DNA of 32,000 nucleotides from Planctopirus limnophila DSM 3776 (GTDB lineage: Bacteria; Planctomycetota; Planctomycetia; Planctomycetales; Planctomycetaceae), in the NCBI RefSeq assembly GCF_000092105.1, contig NC_014148.1, positions 2,160,001 to 2,192,000 of the forward strand, read 5' to 3'. Both the position numbers and the translations under genes were made by a program. This document shows, in pieces, positions 15,535-24,351 of this stretch. Every line of letters starts with the position of its first letter. The stretch's first letter is position 1. The notes below the pieces were generated by a model. That model was not told the DNA's origin. It did no database searches and was given only the letters and a program-made list of their open reading frames with translations.

Positions 15535-16824
15535 TTATCCGCGACAAACCAGACTCACCTCGCTGGCGATCACTTCAAAAGCCTTTTCAAGCACATGTGC
15601 AGGTTGTGCAAAGTTGAGGCGAATACATTGCTCGGCATGCTTCCACGGCTCTTCCAGTCCAAAGAAGAATTCTTCTCCGGGAACAATCAGCACCTTTCTC
15701 AGCTTCAGTCGCTCATAGAGCTTTTGCGAGCTGATCGGGAGCCCGGGTAGCCAGAGCCACAGAAAAAAGGCACCTTCACTAACGTGAATTCGTCCATCAA
15801 CTGTATGTCGCTTCAACGCATCGGTCAGACACTGGACGGCAAACCGACTCTTCTCTTCGTAGAATGGACGTAAAACTTTTGGCCCGAGATCGACAATCTG
15901 GCCCGACTCGATCAGATCGGCCACAAGTTGCTGGCCTACGGTTCCATGCGAAAGCCCTGTCACGGCCGACATGGCTGTGATGGCCTTAATGATCTGCGGA
16001 GCAGCCACCACAAAAGCCGTGCGTGTCCCTGGCAAACCAAGTTTCGAGAGACTGAACGTCGTGATCATCGACTCGTTCCAAACAGGAGTCGTCGGCTGAA
16101 AAACCACCCCTGGGAATGGTGCCCCGTAAGCATTATCGATAATCACCGGCACCCGATGCCTGGTGGCGAGTTCGACGATTTCACCTGTCTCTTCATCGGA
16201 TAAAAAATTCCCGGAAGGATTCGTGGGCCTCGAAATCGCTACGGCCCCAATGGAATGTCGCGATAGAGCCGACTCCACGGCCTCCAGATCAACATGGTAC
16301 TTGAAGAGATGTGGCTGAGACTCATCAGGGGTCGATATCCTGGGCCGACAACCCACAAAGAGTCCCTCACCAAACCCCAATGGCGAATAACCGATGTATT
16401 CCGGAGTGACGGGCAATAAAATTCGCCGGTACGAGCCATCAGGCATCTGACCCGCCAGCAGGTTGAAGAGATAAAAGAAAGCCGTCTGGCCACCGCTCGT
16501 CACCGCAATATTTTCTGTGGTGACATTCCAGCCATAATGAGTGCGAAGCAGTTTGGCCAATGATTCAATGACCTGTAGATTCCCCTGAGGGGGATCATAC
16601 TGGCCCAGCGTTCGATCTATCGCTCCAGTATTGAGGAGCACCTCGATTCGCTCTCTCCAAAGCTGTGTCATTTCGGGAATCAGAGCCGGATTCCCTCCTC
16701 CCAGCATTAGCATATGCGGGTCAGAAGCCAATGCCCGGCCCAGGTCATCCATCAAGGTTAAAATTCCTGATGGCCCCGCCAGCTTTCCACCCATCCTGGA
16801 GAATTCAAACTGCATTTCGGTCAC
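15535..16824 (-). CDS. avtA: Valine--pyruvate aminotransferase (AvtA-like, PLP fold type I)
   Basis: 429 aa, colinear with E. coli AvtA as recalled: LGGGNPALIPEM vs LGGGNPAQIPEM, TSGGQTAFFYLFNLLAG vs TNGSQSAFFYLFNLFAG, SRPTNPSGN vs SRPTNPTGN, IIDNAYGAPFPGVVF, SLSKLGLPG (PLP Lys), EGAFFLWLW. The start is GTG at 16824 or ATG at 16815. Confidence 0.9.
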   Translation of the reverse strand: MTEMQFEFSRMGGKLAGPSGILTLMDDLGRALASDPHMLMLGGGNPALIPEMTQLWRERIEVLLNTGAIDRTLGQYDPPQGNLQVIESLAKLLRTHYGWNVTTENIAVTSGGQTAFFYLFNLLAGQMPDGSYRRILLPVTPEYIGYSPLGFGEGLFVGCRPRISTPDESQPHLFKYHVDLEAVESALSRHSIGAVAISRPTNPSGNFLSDEETGEIVELATRHRVPVIIDNAYGAPFPGVVFQPTTPVWNESMITTFSLSKLGLPGTRTAFVVAAPQIIKAITAMSAVTGLSHGTVGQQLVADLIESGQIVDLGPKVLRPFYEEKSRFAVQCLTDALKRHTVDGRIHVSEGAFFLWLWLPGLPISSQKLYERLKLRKVLIVPGEEFFFGLEEPWKHAEQCIRLNFAQPAHVLEKAFEVIASEVSLVCRG

Positions 16825-17221
16825 TCACTCTGGAACGTTAAGCCACTGACAAGATCAGCTCTGACGAGCTGGTGATGGATCAGATTCATGATTGCTCAAG
16901 ATTCATCGAGCAATGTGCTTTGAAGAAGTCTTCTGGATGAGTTTACCGCTTCATCCCCACTCCGCTTTCATAGTGTGGAATGTATCAACCCTTCTGACAT
17001 CATGTCATGTTCACCGCCGATAAACCGTTTCCATCAGGGTAACTCCGGGTGCCGACAAGATTGATGGCGTTTTCCAGCCTGCCAAGCCAGAGGCAACGAT
17101 TCTCACCGATTCCCCAGGAAAGTCACAGAATCCCGGACATGAGTCGCGACCGGTAGTAGCCCACATTCAAGGCATCACCGCTCGATTCATTTGCAAAACA
17201 CGTGTTCACGGCCAAGAATAT

Positions 17222-18403
17222 TTGAATATTTTGGCATCCCCGCCCAGATTGATTAGCAATCGAGCCTTGAAACGCCTATATTACAGGCAATCGACTCCCG
17301 GTAAGCGAGCGTTTTCTTCCTCATGCGATGATCTCATGAGTTCCAACTTAATGTCGAATGGCACAAAAGGCGGTTTTTCCGTCATGGACACGATGATTGG
17401 CACCAGCCAATCGATGCTGGATGTGCATCGACTTGTCCGTCAAGTGGCATCCACATCAGCGACAGTTCTTCTCCTTGGTGAAACCGGGACAGGAAAAGAG
17501 CTTGTTGCCAAAGCCGTTCACGAAATGAGCCCGCGGGCCTCAGGTCCATTTATCCGGGTCAATTGTGGCGCATTGAGCGAAAGCCTGCTTGAGAGCGAAC
17601 TCTTTGGTCACGTGAAGGGTGCTTTCACGAGTGCTTTCGAAAATCGCACGGGGCGTTTTGAAGCCGCCCATGGGGGCACAATTTTTCTGGACGAAATCAA
17701 CTCCATGAGTTACACGCTGCAGGTCAAACTGCTGCGTGTGCTGCAGGAGCAGGAATTCGAACGCGTTGGCGATACAAAGACCATTCGGGTGGATTGCCGG
17801 ATCGTCGCCGCCACAAACCGTGACCTGCTCGATGAAATCGATGCCGGTCGCTTCCGTGAAGACCTCTATTATCGCCTGAACGTCGTCCCGATCTATCTGC
17901 CGCCATTGCGCGATCGACCAGACGATCTGGCAGACCTCATTGCTCACTTTGCGAAGCGATATGCGATAGCCAACAGCCGCCCCGTTCCTAAAGTTTCCGA
18001 AGATGTGATCGCTGTCCTGAGATCCTACGCGTGGCCGGGAAACGTGCGAGAACTCCAGAACTATGTCGAGCGTGCGATTGTCTTGTCCTCGGGCGAGACG
18101 TTAACACTCGATCTTTTCCCTCCGCATGTTCGCGGCATGGCACCCATCCGCCTGAATCGATCCCGCTCCAACAACCTCGAAACTCTTTGTAGCGAACTGG
18201 TCACGCTGGGCCTGCTGGATGCAGGAGAAGATTGCACCAACGCCTATGACCGCGTGGTGACTCTCGTCGAGAAAGAACTGATCCTGCAGGTTCTGCGAAC
18301 TTGCCAGGGAGTCCAAACCAAAGCGGCGACTAAGCTGGGGATCAACCGGAACACACTGCATAAGAAAATCACCGATTATCACCTCGAATCTGAGGCTCGA
18401 TAA
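17222..18403 (+). CDS. Sigma-54-dependent transcriptional activator (bacterial enhancer-binding protein) with only the AAA+ and Fis-type HTH domains
   Basis: Walker A GETGTGKE, Walker [11 protein letters not shown]1 loop GAFTSA (17618-17635), R-finger region, and C-terminal [22 protein letters not shown]. The ORF-track start is TTG at 17222. ATG at 17336 is the more likely start and leaves about 20 aa before the AAA+ core. Confidence 0.9.
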   Translation: MNILASPPRLISNRALKRLYYRQSTPGKRAFSSSCDDLMSSNLMSNGTKGGFSVMDTMIGTSQSMLDVHRLVRQVASTSATVLLLGETGTGKELVAKAVHEMSPRASGPFIRVNCGALSESLLESELFGHVKGAFTSAFENRTGRFEAAHGGTIFLDEINSMSYTLQVKLLRVLQEQEFERVGDTKTIRVDCRIVAATNRDLLDEIDAGRFREDLYYRLNVVPIYLPPLRDRPDDLADLIAHFAKRYAIANSRPVPKVSEDVIAVLRSYAWPGNVRELQNYVERAIVLSSGETLTLDLFPPHVRGMAPIRLNRSRSNNLETLCSELVTLGLLDAGEDCTNAYDRVVTLVEKELILQVLRTCQGVQTKAATKLGINRNTLHKKITDYHLESEAR

Positions 18404-18457
18404 CCAGTGAGATGAGTGCTGTTTCTACCTCGATCCAGATAGAAATCGCTGAGGACA

Positions 18458-19405
18458 CTACTTCAGGTTGACGAGATTTCTCGGCTTTTCCCCGCGAAAA
18501 ACCTGAACGATCTGTTCCATGACTTCCCGCCGCATTTGTTCGAGGGATTGCTCAGAAATAAAAGCCGCATGGGGGGTGACGATGACGCGTTCATCCTGAA
18601 AAAGTGGTCTGCTTAAATCGCAAGGTTCCGGATCGAAGACATCCAGCGCTGCACCGGCAATACATCCCGACTTGATGGCCTCTTCCAACGCCGCCTCATC
18701 AATCAATCCACCACGCGAAGTATTGATGAGATACGCCGTCGGCTTCATCTGGCGAAACTGCTCTTTCCCGAACATCTTGCGTGTGGCCGGAGTGAGTGGA
18801 GCATGTACCGAGATAAAGTCGCTTTGCGACAAAAGCTCTCCCAGGCTCACCATCTGGCAGCCCGTCCCGTAATCATTGCCACTGGATGTATGGGCCAGAA
18901 TCTCCAAGCCGAGGGCTCTGGCTTTGGGTACCAGTGCGCGAGCCGTATTTCCCAATCCCACAAGCCCCAGCTTTTGGCCTTTGATGCGGGTTAAAGGCAA
19001 CCCCGCCCCCAGGTTGTATTCGCCCTGTTTGGTTCGATGATGAAAAAAGGCAATCTTTCTCGACAAGGCCAACAGCAATCCGAGGGCATGATCAGAAACT
19101 TCGTGAGTGCAGTAGTCGGGTGAATTGGTGACGGGAATCCCACGGGCCGTACATTCGGGAATCGCAATGTTATCCAGTCCAATTCCCAGACGTGCCACAG
19201 TTTTCAACCGCGGTGCTGCTGCTATCACTGCTGGCGTCACCTTGGCCCAGTTGGTGGCAATCGCGTCGGCCTCTGCTGCCAGTTCGCAGAGTGTTTTTTC
19301 ATCACCTGCCGGAGCTTCAATTAATCTGGCACCGGCTGCGGCCAGCACTTCCGTTTCGATATCCAGGCTGGGCCAGGCACGATCTGTCAGCAGAACTTGA
19401 TACAT
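18458..19405 (-). CDS. D-isomer-specific 2-hydroxyacid dehydrogenase family protein (CtBP/PGDH-like), NAD-binding
   Basis: 315 aa. GLVGLGNTARAL (GxGxxG), INTSRGGLIDEAAL, ALDVFDPEP, and TPHAAFIS with the catalytic His. Confidence 0.85.
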   Translation of the reverse strand: MYQVLLTDRAWPSLDIETEVLAAAGARLIEAPAGDEKTLCELAAEADAIATNWAKVTPAVIAAAPRLKTVARLGIGLDNIAIPECTARGIPVTNSPDYCTHEVSDHALGLLLALSRKIAFFHHRTKQGEYNLGAGLPLTRIKGQKLGLVGLGNTARALVPKARALGLEILAHTSSGNDYGTGCQMVSLGELLSQSDFISVHAPLTPATRKMFGKEQFRQMKPTAYLINTSRGGLIDEAALEEAIKSGCIAGAALDVFDPEPCDLSRPLFQDERVIVTPHAAFISEQSLEQMRREVMEQIVQVFRGEKPRNLVNLK

Positions 19406-20017
19406 CTTGAAAAATGACTCCCTGTTGAACCTTCAGACCACTTCTTCCAGATGAAACAGACATCTCTGAGATAGTTCTTGAAGCATCAATTCTGTTTGAT
19501 AGACGCCAGAATCCACTCGGTTTGAGAGTCTAAGCATACACACCCAGCCACAAATCTCCCAAACTGAGCCTAAGTACTTTGAGAATCTGAAGATCGAAAC
19601 TGCTTTCAACTCAGTAGAAAAGATAGTCTCTCTGAAGATAGGATTTTTCTGACAATCAGCTCACCCCACCGGAACCGGCACTCACGAACGACGCAAACAA
19701 CAACAGAATAACACTTTACAACGAAACAACACTTGTCAGCTTGAGTAGAATTCAGGTTGTCCTCGGCCTCGCTTTTGAGCTAATATCCGCTCGCTGCGCT
19801 AACACTTCCCACAAAGCCCTATTCCATTCCGCAATCTTCTCCCGCCAGCACTTCAATTCGTACTGTCAGTCACGTTCGGAAATTTCGTCAGAAACTCCTT
19901 TCGCCTGATCTCACACCAATTTCACGTTGTTCGTTTTGAGGCCCCAGTTTGCCCCAGCCTGAACGCACAATTCCGGCTTTGATTCGGCCCTTGGATGCTG
20001 CTTCCAGGTGCCTGGGA

Positions 20018-21277
20018 ATGTTCGTCATTTGTTTCAGCTTGTTGTGCAGTGGCTTAACGGGGATCGCCGCCGAAAAAGTCCTTCTCCTGGATGGCAGCAT
20101 TCTAATTGGCAACAGTCAATCCGTGGAAAATGGGAATGTTCTCTGGCGAACACAAACGGGAGAAGATGTTCGCATTCCCATCAACCAGATCGTGCGAATT
20201 GATGCCGAAGAACTAACCGGTTCAACCAACTTGCCGGCCAGATCCGCCCCTCAAAATTCATCTCAGCAGAACACAAGTCCCCCTCCCGATATCAAGATGC
20301 CAAGCTCTGAGAAACCAATCTTCTCATCCAGTGCTAAAGCCCTCAACAATTCTCCAGAAAACTCTCTGTTGAAAGGCATGAATACGGAGCCAACGACACC
20401 GCCCCTAATGCAGAAAGATCCTCTGTTAGAAATCCAAAATCCCCTCGTAGAAGTCATCGACCTGACACCTCCCGAAGAAGCCTTCGGTCACGACGCTATC
20501 GAAGAGACATGGACGGAGTCTGTTCCTCTCCTGGGTTCCTCAGTCAATGCGATCAGTTCCGTACTTTCCACGGCGCAACACACCGCCACAGCGGCCACCA
20601 ACCAGGCTTCTTTGTGGACCAATCGCATTCAACTGGGTGGAAACTTTACGAACGGAAATTCGAACATCGACATCATCGATGTTCTTGCTCAATTCGAACG
20701 TTCAACCAAAGTCAGCCTCAGACAAATGGATGTGGGCGGGCAGTGGGCACAGACAACCGGGAACGTGACTGCCAACCGCTGGTGGCTTAACGGTAACTTT
20801 GACTGGCCATTCTCGAGCGAAGAAGACCGCTGGATTACATTCTTGAGTACCAAAAATGAATACAACCAGCTCGCAAATCTGAACATTCGCAGCACCAACA
20901 CGACAGGATTAGGCTACCGCTTTTATTACGAACCCAAAAAACGATTGATCACTCGTATTGGCCCCGCTGTGACCGTCGAAGCGTTTGACTCTCCTGACAA
21001 TACGCGAACCACGTTTGACTTGTTTTCGGAGGTTGAATTGCGCTGGCCGATTGCCAAACGGACATCTCTTGAATCGCGGATCCGCTATCAGCCGGGGCTT
21101 CTCGACGGAGCGATCTACCGTGTCTTCTCCACCTCTTCCATCATGTGGGATCTCGACGAAGAGAATCGCTGGAAGCTCGCCCTGAATCTTCGCACAGAGT
21201 ACGTTTCAGTGCCCAGTCCCGGTCGAAAGTCCACCGACTGGTTCACTGTTGTTTCGCTGGTCTATCAGAGAAAATAG
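20018..21277 (+). CDS. DUF481 (YdiY-like) outer-membrane beta-barrel protein with a signal peptide and a low-complexity Ser/Pro/Asn-rich spacer
   Basis: The ORF opens at TTG 19949, but ATG 20018 yields a signal-peptide-like MFVICFSLLCSGLTGIAAEK. The C-terminal half shows DUF481-like alternating beta-strand patterning (GGNFTNGNSN..., TGLGYRFYYEP..., EVELRWPI..., TVVSLVYQ). Confidence 0.55.
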   Translation: MFVICFSLLCSGLTGIAAEKVLLLDGSILIGNSQSVENGNVLWRTQTGEDVRIPINQIVRIDAEELTGSTNLPARSAPQNSSQQNTSPPPDIKMPSSEKPIFSSSAKALNNSPENSLLKGMNTEPTTPPLMQKDPLLEIQNPLVEVIDLTPPEEAFGHDAIEETWTESVPLLGSSVNAISSVLSTAQHTATAATNQASLWTNRIQLGGNFTNGNSNIDIIDVLAQFERSTKVSLRQMDVGGQWAQTTGNVTANRWWLNGNFDWPFSSEEDRWITFLSTKNEYNQLANLNIRSTNTTGLGYRFYYEPKKRLITRIGPAVTVEAFDSPDNTRTTFDLFSEVELRWPIAKRTSLESRIRYQPGLLDGAIYRVFSTSSIMWDLDEENRWKLALNLRTEYVSVPSPGRKSTDWFTVVSLVYQRK

Positions 21278-21455
21278 TCGATTGGCTTCCAAAGAATCTC
21301 GACCCGGAACTCTGGGGACTGGTTGCACAATGCACAACGGGCTAACATTTCGCACATCAACTGGTCAAACTATGGAGGAATCCAGTCACATTTTGCCTGC
21401 TGGATTGTCATTCGAATTGACCGCACCTGAGACAGACTACTGAAGGATTGGCTCC

Positions 21456-22319
21456 ATGACTTCCCACAAACCGTATTGGCCTATTGGTGTATTTACATCT
21501 GTCGATGCCGGGTTAGGTGTCCATCTGGAAGTGGCACAGGATCTCAAGGTTCCCACGGTTCAGGTGCATGCCCCTCATCCGCATACGCGAACTCGTGAAC
21601 ATGCTCAGGCTTTTCGAGCCAAGTGCGATGCAGCCGGCATTCAGGTAACTGTTATCTTCGGTGGCTTTGATGGAGAAAGTTACGCCGATATCCCCACCAC
21701 GGCACGAACTGTCGGGCTCGTCCCTCTTGAAACGCGTGCCAGTCGCGTCGCAGAAATGAAAGAGATTTCAGACTTCGCCAGTTGGGTCGGTTGCCCGGCT
21801 ATTGGATTGCATATTGGTTTCGTCCCTGAAAGTTCCAGCCCCGATTACAGCGAACTGGTTCGCGTCACCCAGGATCTGCTCACTCATGCAGCAAACCATG
21901 GCCAGGCCGTCCATCTGGAAACAGGGCAGGAATCGGCAGATCACCTGCTGGAATTCATCGAAGATGTCAACCGCCCTAATCTGGGAATCAATTTCGACCC
22001 GGCCAATATGATCCTCTACGGGACAGGCAACCCGATTGAAGCGCTTCGCAAAGTGGCCCGTTATGTCCGCAGTATTCATTGTAAAGATGCTCTCTGGGCC
22101 CCAGTCAACGAACGTGGAAAATCATGGGGCCAGGAAGTCGCATTGGGGACTGGCGATGTCGGGATGGAAGCTTACCTCACGACACTCTGGGAGATCGGCT
22201 ATCGCGGCCCACTCACCATCGAACGCGAAATTCCACACGATCCGGTTCAACAGAAGAAAGATCTCGCCAGTGCTCTGGAACTCCTGACAGGGCTGCGGAA
22301 GAAAATTGCCAACTGCTGA
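21456..22319 (+). CDS. Sugar phosphate isomerase/epimerase (xylose isomerase-like TIM barrel)
   Basis: 287 aa. The pattern is typical of the AP_endonuc_2/xylose-isomerase-like family (VHLETGQESA, GINFDPANMILYG, HCKD..., LTIEREI). Confidence 0.75.
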   Translation: MTSHKPYWPIGVFTSVDAGLGVHLEVAQDLKVPTVQVHAPHPHTRTREHAQAFRAKCDAAGIQVTVIFGGFDGESYADIPTTARTVGLVPLETRASRVAEMKEISDFASWVGCPAIGLHIGFVPESSSPDYSELVRVTQDLLTHAANHGQAVHLETGQESADHLLEFIEDVNRPNLGINFDPANMILYGTGNPIEALRKVARYVRSIHCKDALWAPVNERGKSWGQEVALGTGDVGMEAYLTTLWEIGYRGPLTIEREIPHDPVQQKKDLASALELLTGLRKKIANC

Positions 22320-22360
22320 AGCCTGGCCCCGGCGGTTTCTGCCGCACGCACATACTCAAA

Positions 22361-22402
22361 GCCCAGCCCGCAGACATCACCGGCGAAGTTTGCGGGCTGG
22401 GC
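22361..22402 (+). terminator. Perfect 12-bp stem hairpin downstream of the isomerase gene (candidate terminator)
   Basis: gcccagcccgca (22361-22372) and tgcgggctgggc (22391-22402) are exact reverse complements around an 18-nt loop. The hairpin starts 42 nt after the stop at 22319. It is followed by tggattta, which is only a weak U-tract. Confidence 0.4.
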
Positions 22403-22508
22403 TGGATTTAATGGCATTATTCGTCGATAAACAGGTTGTTGGCTTCGATGGGCTTCTGAACTTTGTCACCTTCAGAATGCAGAATTCTTCACGAACGCGG
22501 ATCAGGAA

Positions 22509-23282
22509 ATGCCCGACTATCGCGTTCAACTCGACACCTTCAGCGGTCCTCTGGACCTGCTGCTCTATCTGGTGCGCCGCAACGAAATCGATCTGCTCGA
22601 TTTGCCTATCTCGCAGATTACTAATCAGTTTCTCACATTTCTGCAGGTCCTTGAGCTGATCGATCTGGATACCGTGGGAGAATTTGTCGTCATGGCAAGT
22701 TCTCTGATCGAGATCAAAAGCCGCCTCGTTCTCCCTCGGGCTGAGGATCAGGCCCAGGAAGCTCAATCAGCCATGGGGGAAGACCCCCGGGCAGAACTCG
22801 TGGAGCAGTTACTCGAATACAAGCGATATCGAGATGCAGGACAAGCCCTGCAGAAACAGGCCGACGACTGGCACAATCATTTCCCGAGAATGACCAGTGA
22901 AAAGCCCAAATCGAGCCGGGATATCGCCAACGACTCTTTCAAAGAAGTCGAACTCTGGGATCTGGTGAGTGCCCTGACTCGAGTCATGCAGAAGAAGATC
23001 GTCGTCGAAACAGCTGCTATTCGTTACGACGACACTCCCATTTCTGTCTATGTCGAACGAATTGGAGCACATGTCCGCAAGACCGGTCGGGCATCGTTCA
23101 GCGAATTCTTCGAAGGTGCCAACGAGCGCAGCAAAATCGTGGGCATCTTTCTGGCTGTCCTTGAACTTCTCAGGCATCACCAGTTTCATGCCGAGCAACC
23201 AGAGCCTCATGGCGAGATCTATCTCATGCCACCTGACAATCCGGAGCATGCCTCGTCAGTCGATCCTGCTGAAACTCCCTGA
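22509..23282 (+). CDS. scpA: Segregation and condensation protein A (kleisin ScpA)
   Basis: 257 aa. The N-terminus YRVQLDTFSGPLDLLLYLVRRNEIDLLDLPISQITNQFL is the canonical ScpA signature. The C-terminal winged-helix region is present (VGIFLAVLELLRH). Confidence 0.9.
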   Translation: MPDYRVQLDTFSGPLDLLLYLVRRNEIDLLDLPISQITNQFLTFLQVLELIDLDTVGEFVVMASSLIEIKSRLVLPRAEDQAQEAQSAMGEDPRAELVEQLLEYKRYRDAGQALQKQADDWHNHFPRMTSEKPKSSRDIANDSFKEVELWDLVSALTRVMQKKIVVETAAIRYDDTPISVYVERIGAHVRKTGRASFSEFFEGANERSKIVGIFLAVLELLRHHQFHAEQPEPHGEIYLMPPDNPEHASSVDPAETP

Positions 23283-23389
23283 GAGACTGCCGGTGATTTT
23301 CTGATAATCAATTTGGCTTTTGCAAAAACTTTTGCCAAGATCGGCCATCCCTCTGCGTAATATCTCGGGATCAGAAACCGGAGGCCACC

Positions 23390-23839
23390 ATGTCAATTGC
23401 CGATGAACTCTTCAAACTGCAGCAGCTTCGCGATAACGGTACGATCTCGAATGAAGAATTCGAGCTTCAAAAAGCCCGGCTGATTGAACCCAAGCCAGCA
23501 CTCAATCTGGATGTGAAGCAATGGTCTGTGCTACTCCACCTCTCACAATTGTTGAATCTGGTGACGGGCTTTGGCGGAATTATTGCCCCCATTGTCATCT
23601 GGATGCTCTTCCGCGATCAATCACCAGAGATTGACCAGCACGGAAAGAACATCGTGAACTGGTGGATTTCCAGCTTCATCTACGGAGTTGTCAGCGGCAT
23701 TCTCTGTGTCGTGATCATTGGCATCCCGATGTTGATTGTGCTGGTGATCCTGACGATCCTCTTCCCCATCATCGGTGCCATTAAGGCCGGTAATGGAGAG
23801 GTCTGGAAATATCCAATGACCATCGCCTTTATCAAGTAG
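23390..23839 (+). CDS. SHOCT domain fused to a DUF4870-type multi-pass membrane domain
   Basis: N-terminal SIADELFKLQQLRDNGTISNEEFELQKARLI matches the SHOCT pattern. About three hydrophobic helices follow, with the DUF4870-like HLSQLLNLVTGFGGIIAPIVIW...HGKNIVNWWIS. GGAGG lies 5 nt upstream of the ATG. Confidence 0.7.
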   Translation: MSIADELFKLQQLRDNGTISNEEFELQKARLIEPKPALNLDVKQWSVLLHLSQLLNLVTGFGGIIAPIVIWMLFRDQSPEIDQHGKNIVNWWISSFIYGVVSGILCVVIIGIPMLIVLVILTILFPIIGAIKAGNGEVWKYPMTIAFIK

Positions 23840-24212
23840 TCGTCTTTGCGGGTGATGTTTTGTACCAGGCGAACACAAAGAGCCCCGCAAACAAAAAATC
23901 AATCGCAGCAGCACCTACGAGTGGCCACGGCAAACGTCCCACGACTGTCAGAATCAGGGCGGGAATGACAAAGCCCACTTTCTCGATAATCCCAGGGATG
24001 ATCATCAATCGGTAGCGCTTGATATCCCAGGACATGATCACGTAAGCCACTTGCCAGGCAATCGTCACCCCCAGAAAACCATAATAGAACTCAGTATGAG
24101 TAATTGCGGGTGGATACTCGGCGGAGAATGTCGATTCCGCAGCATACATCGGCAGCAGCACCACCAGGCCATAGATCCCTGCGACAAGAAAAATGACTCG
24201 GGCTGCGAACAT
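23832..24212 (-). CDS. Hypothetical small integral membrane protein (about 4 TM helices)
   Basis: 126-aa ORF with an ATG start and four clearly hydrophobic segments. Its 3' end overlaps the convergent SHOCT gene by 8 nt. I recognise no family. Confidence 0.55.
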   Translation of the reverse strand: MFAARVIFLVAGIYGLVVLLPMYAAESTFSAEYPPAITHTEFYYGFLGVTIAWQVAYVIMSWDIKRYRLMIIPGIIEKVGFVIPALILTVVGRLPWPLVGAAAIDFLFAGLFVFAWYKTSPAKTTT

Positions 24213-24351
24213 CCAGGTATCCTCGCAAAATGATCATCAGCTCAAATTGTTAACCACTGTCGTTTGACTATGTTGATCGCCCAGAACAGCGGCCAGCCAG
24301 CAAAACGGCACGAGTCATTCTATTTCGGCAGCAGCATCAAGCTGGCTGGCA

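Noticed and set aside
15385-15750. 121-aa + strand ORF after the DJ-1 gene
   Set aside because: It overlaps the 3' end of avtA in antisense. It also spans the convergent-gene spacer that contains the hairpin.
19888-20112. 74-aa minus-strand ORF overlapping the start of the DUF481 gene
   Set aside because: It overlaps the signal-peptide-encoding 5' end of a better-supported gene, and its composition is not protein-like.
21311-21330. Sigma54-like promoter element ctGGggactggttGCa upstream of the isomerase gene
   Set aside because: Only 9 nt separate the GG and GC dinucleotides instead of the invariant 10, and the flanks do not match TGGCAC/TTGCW.
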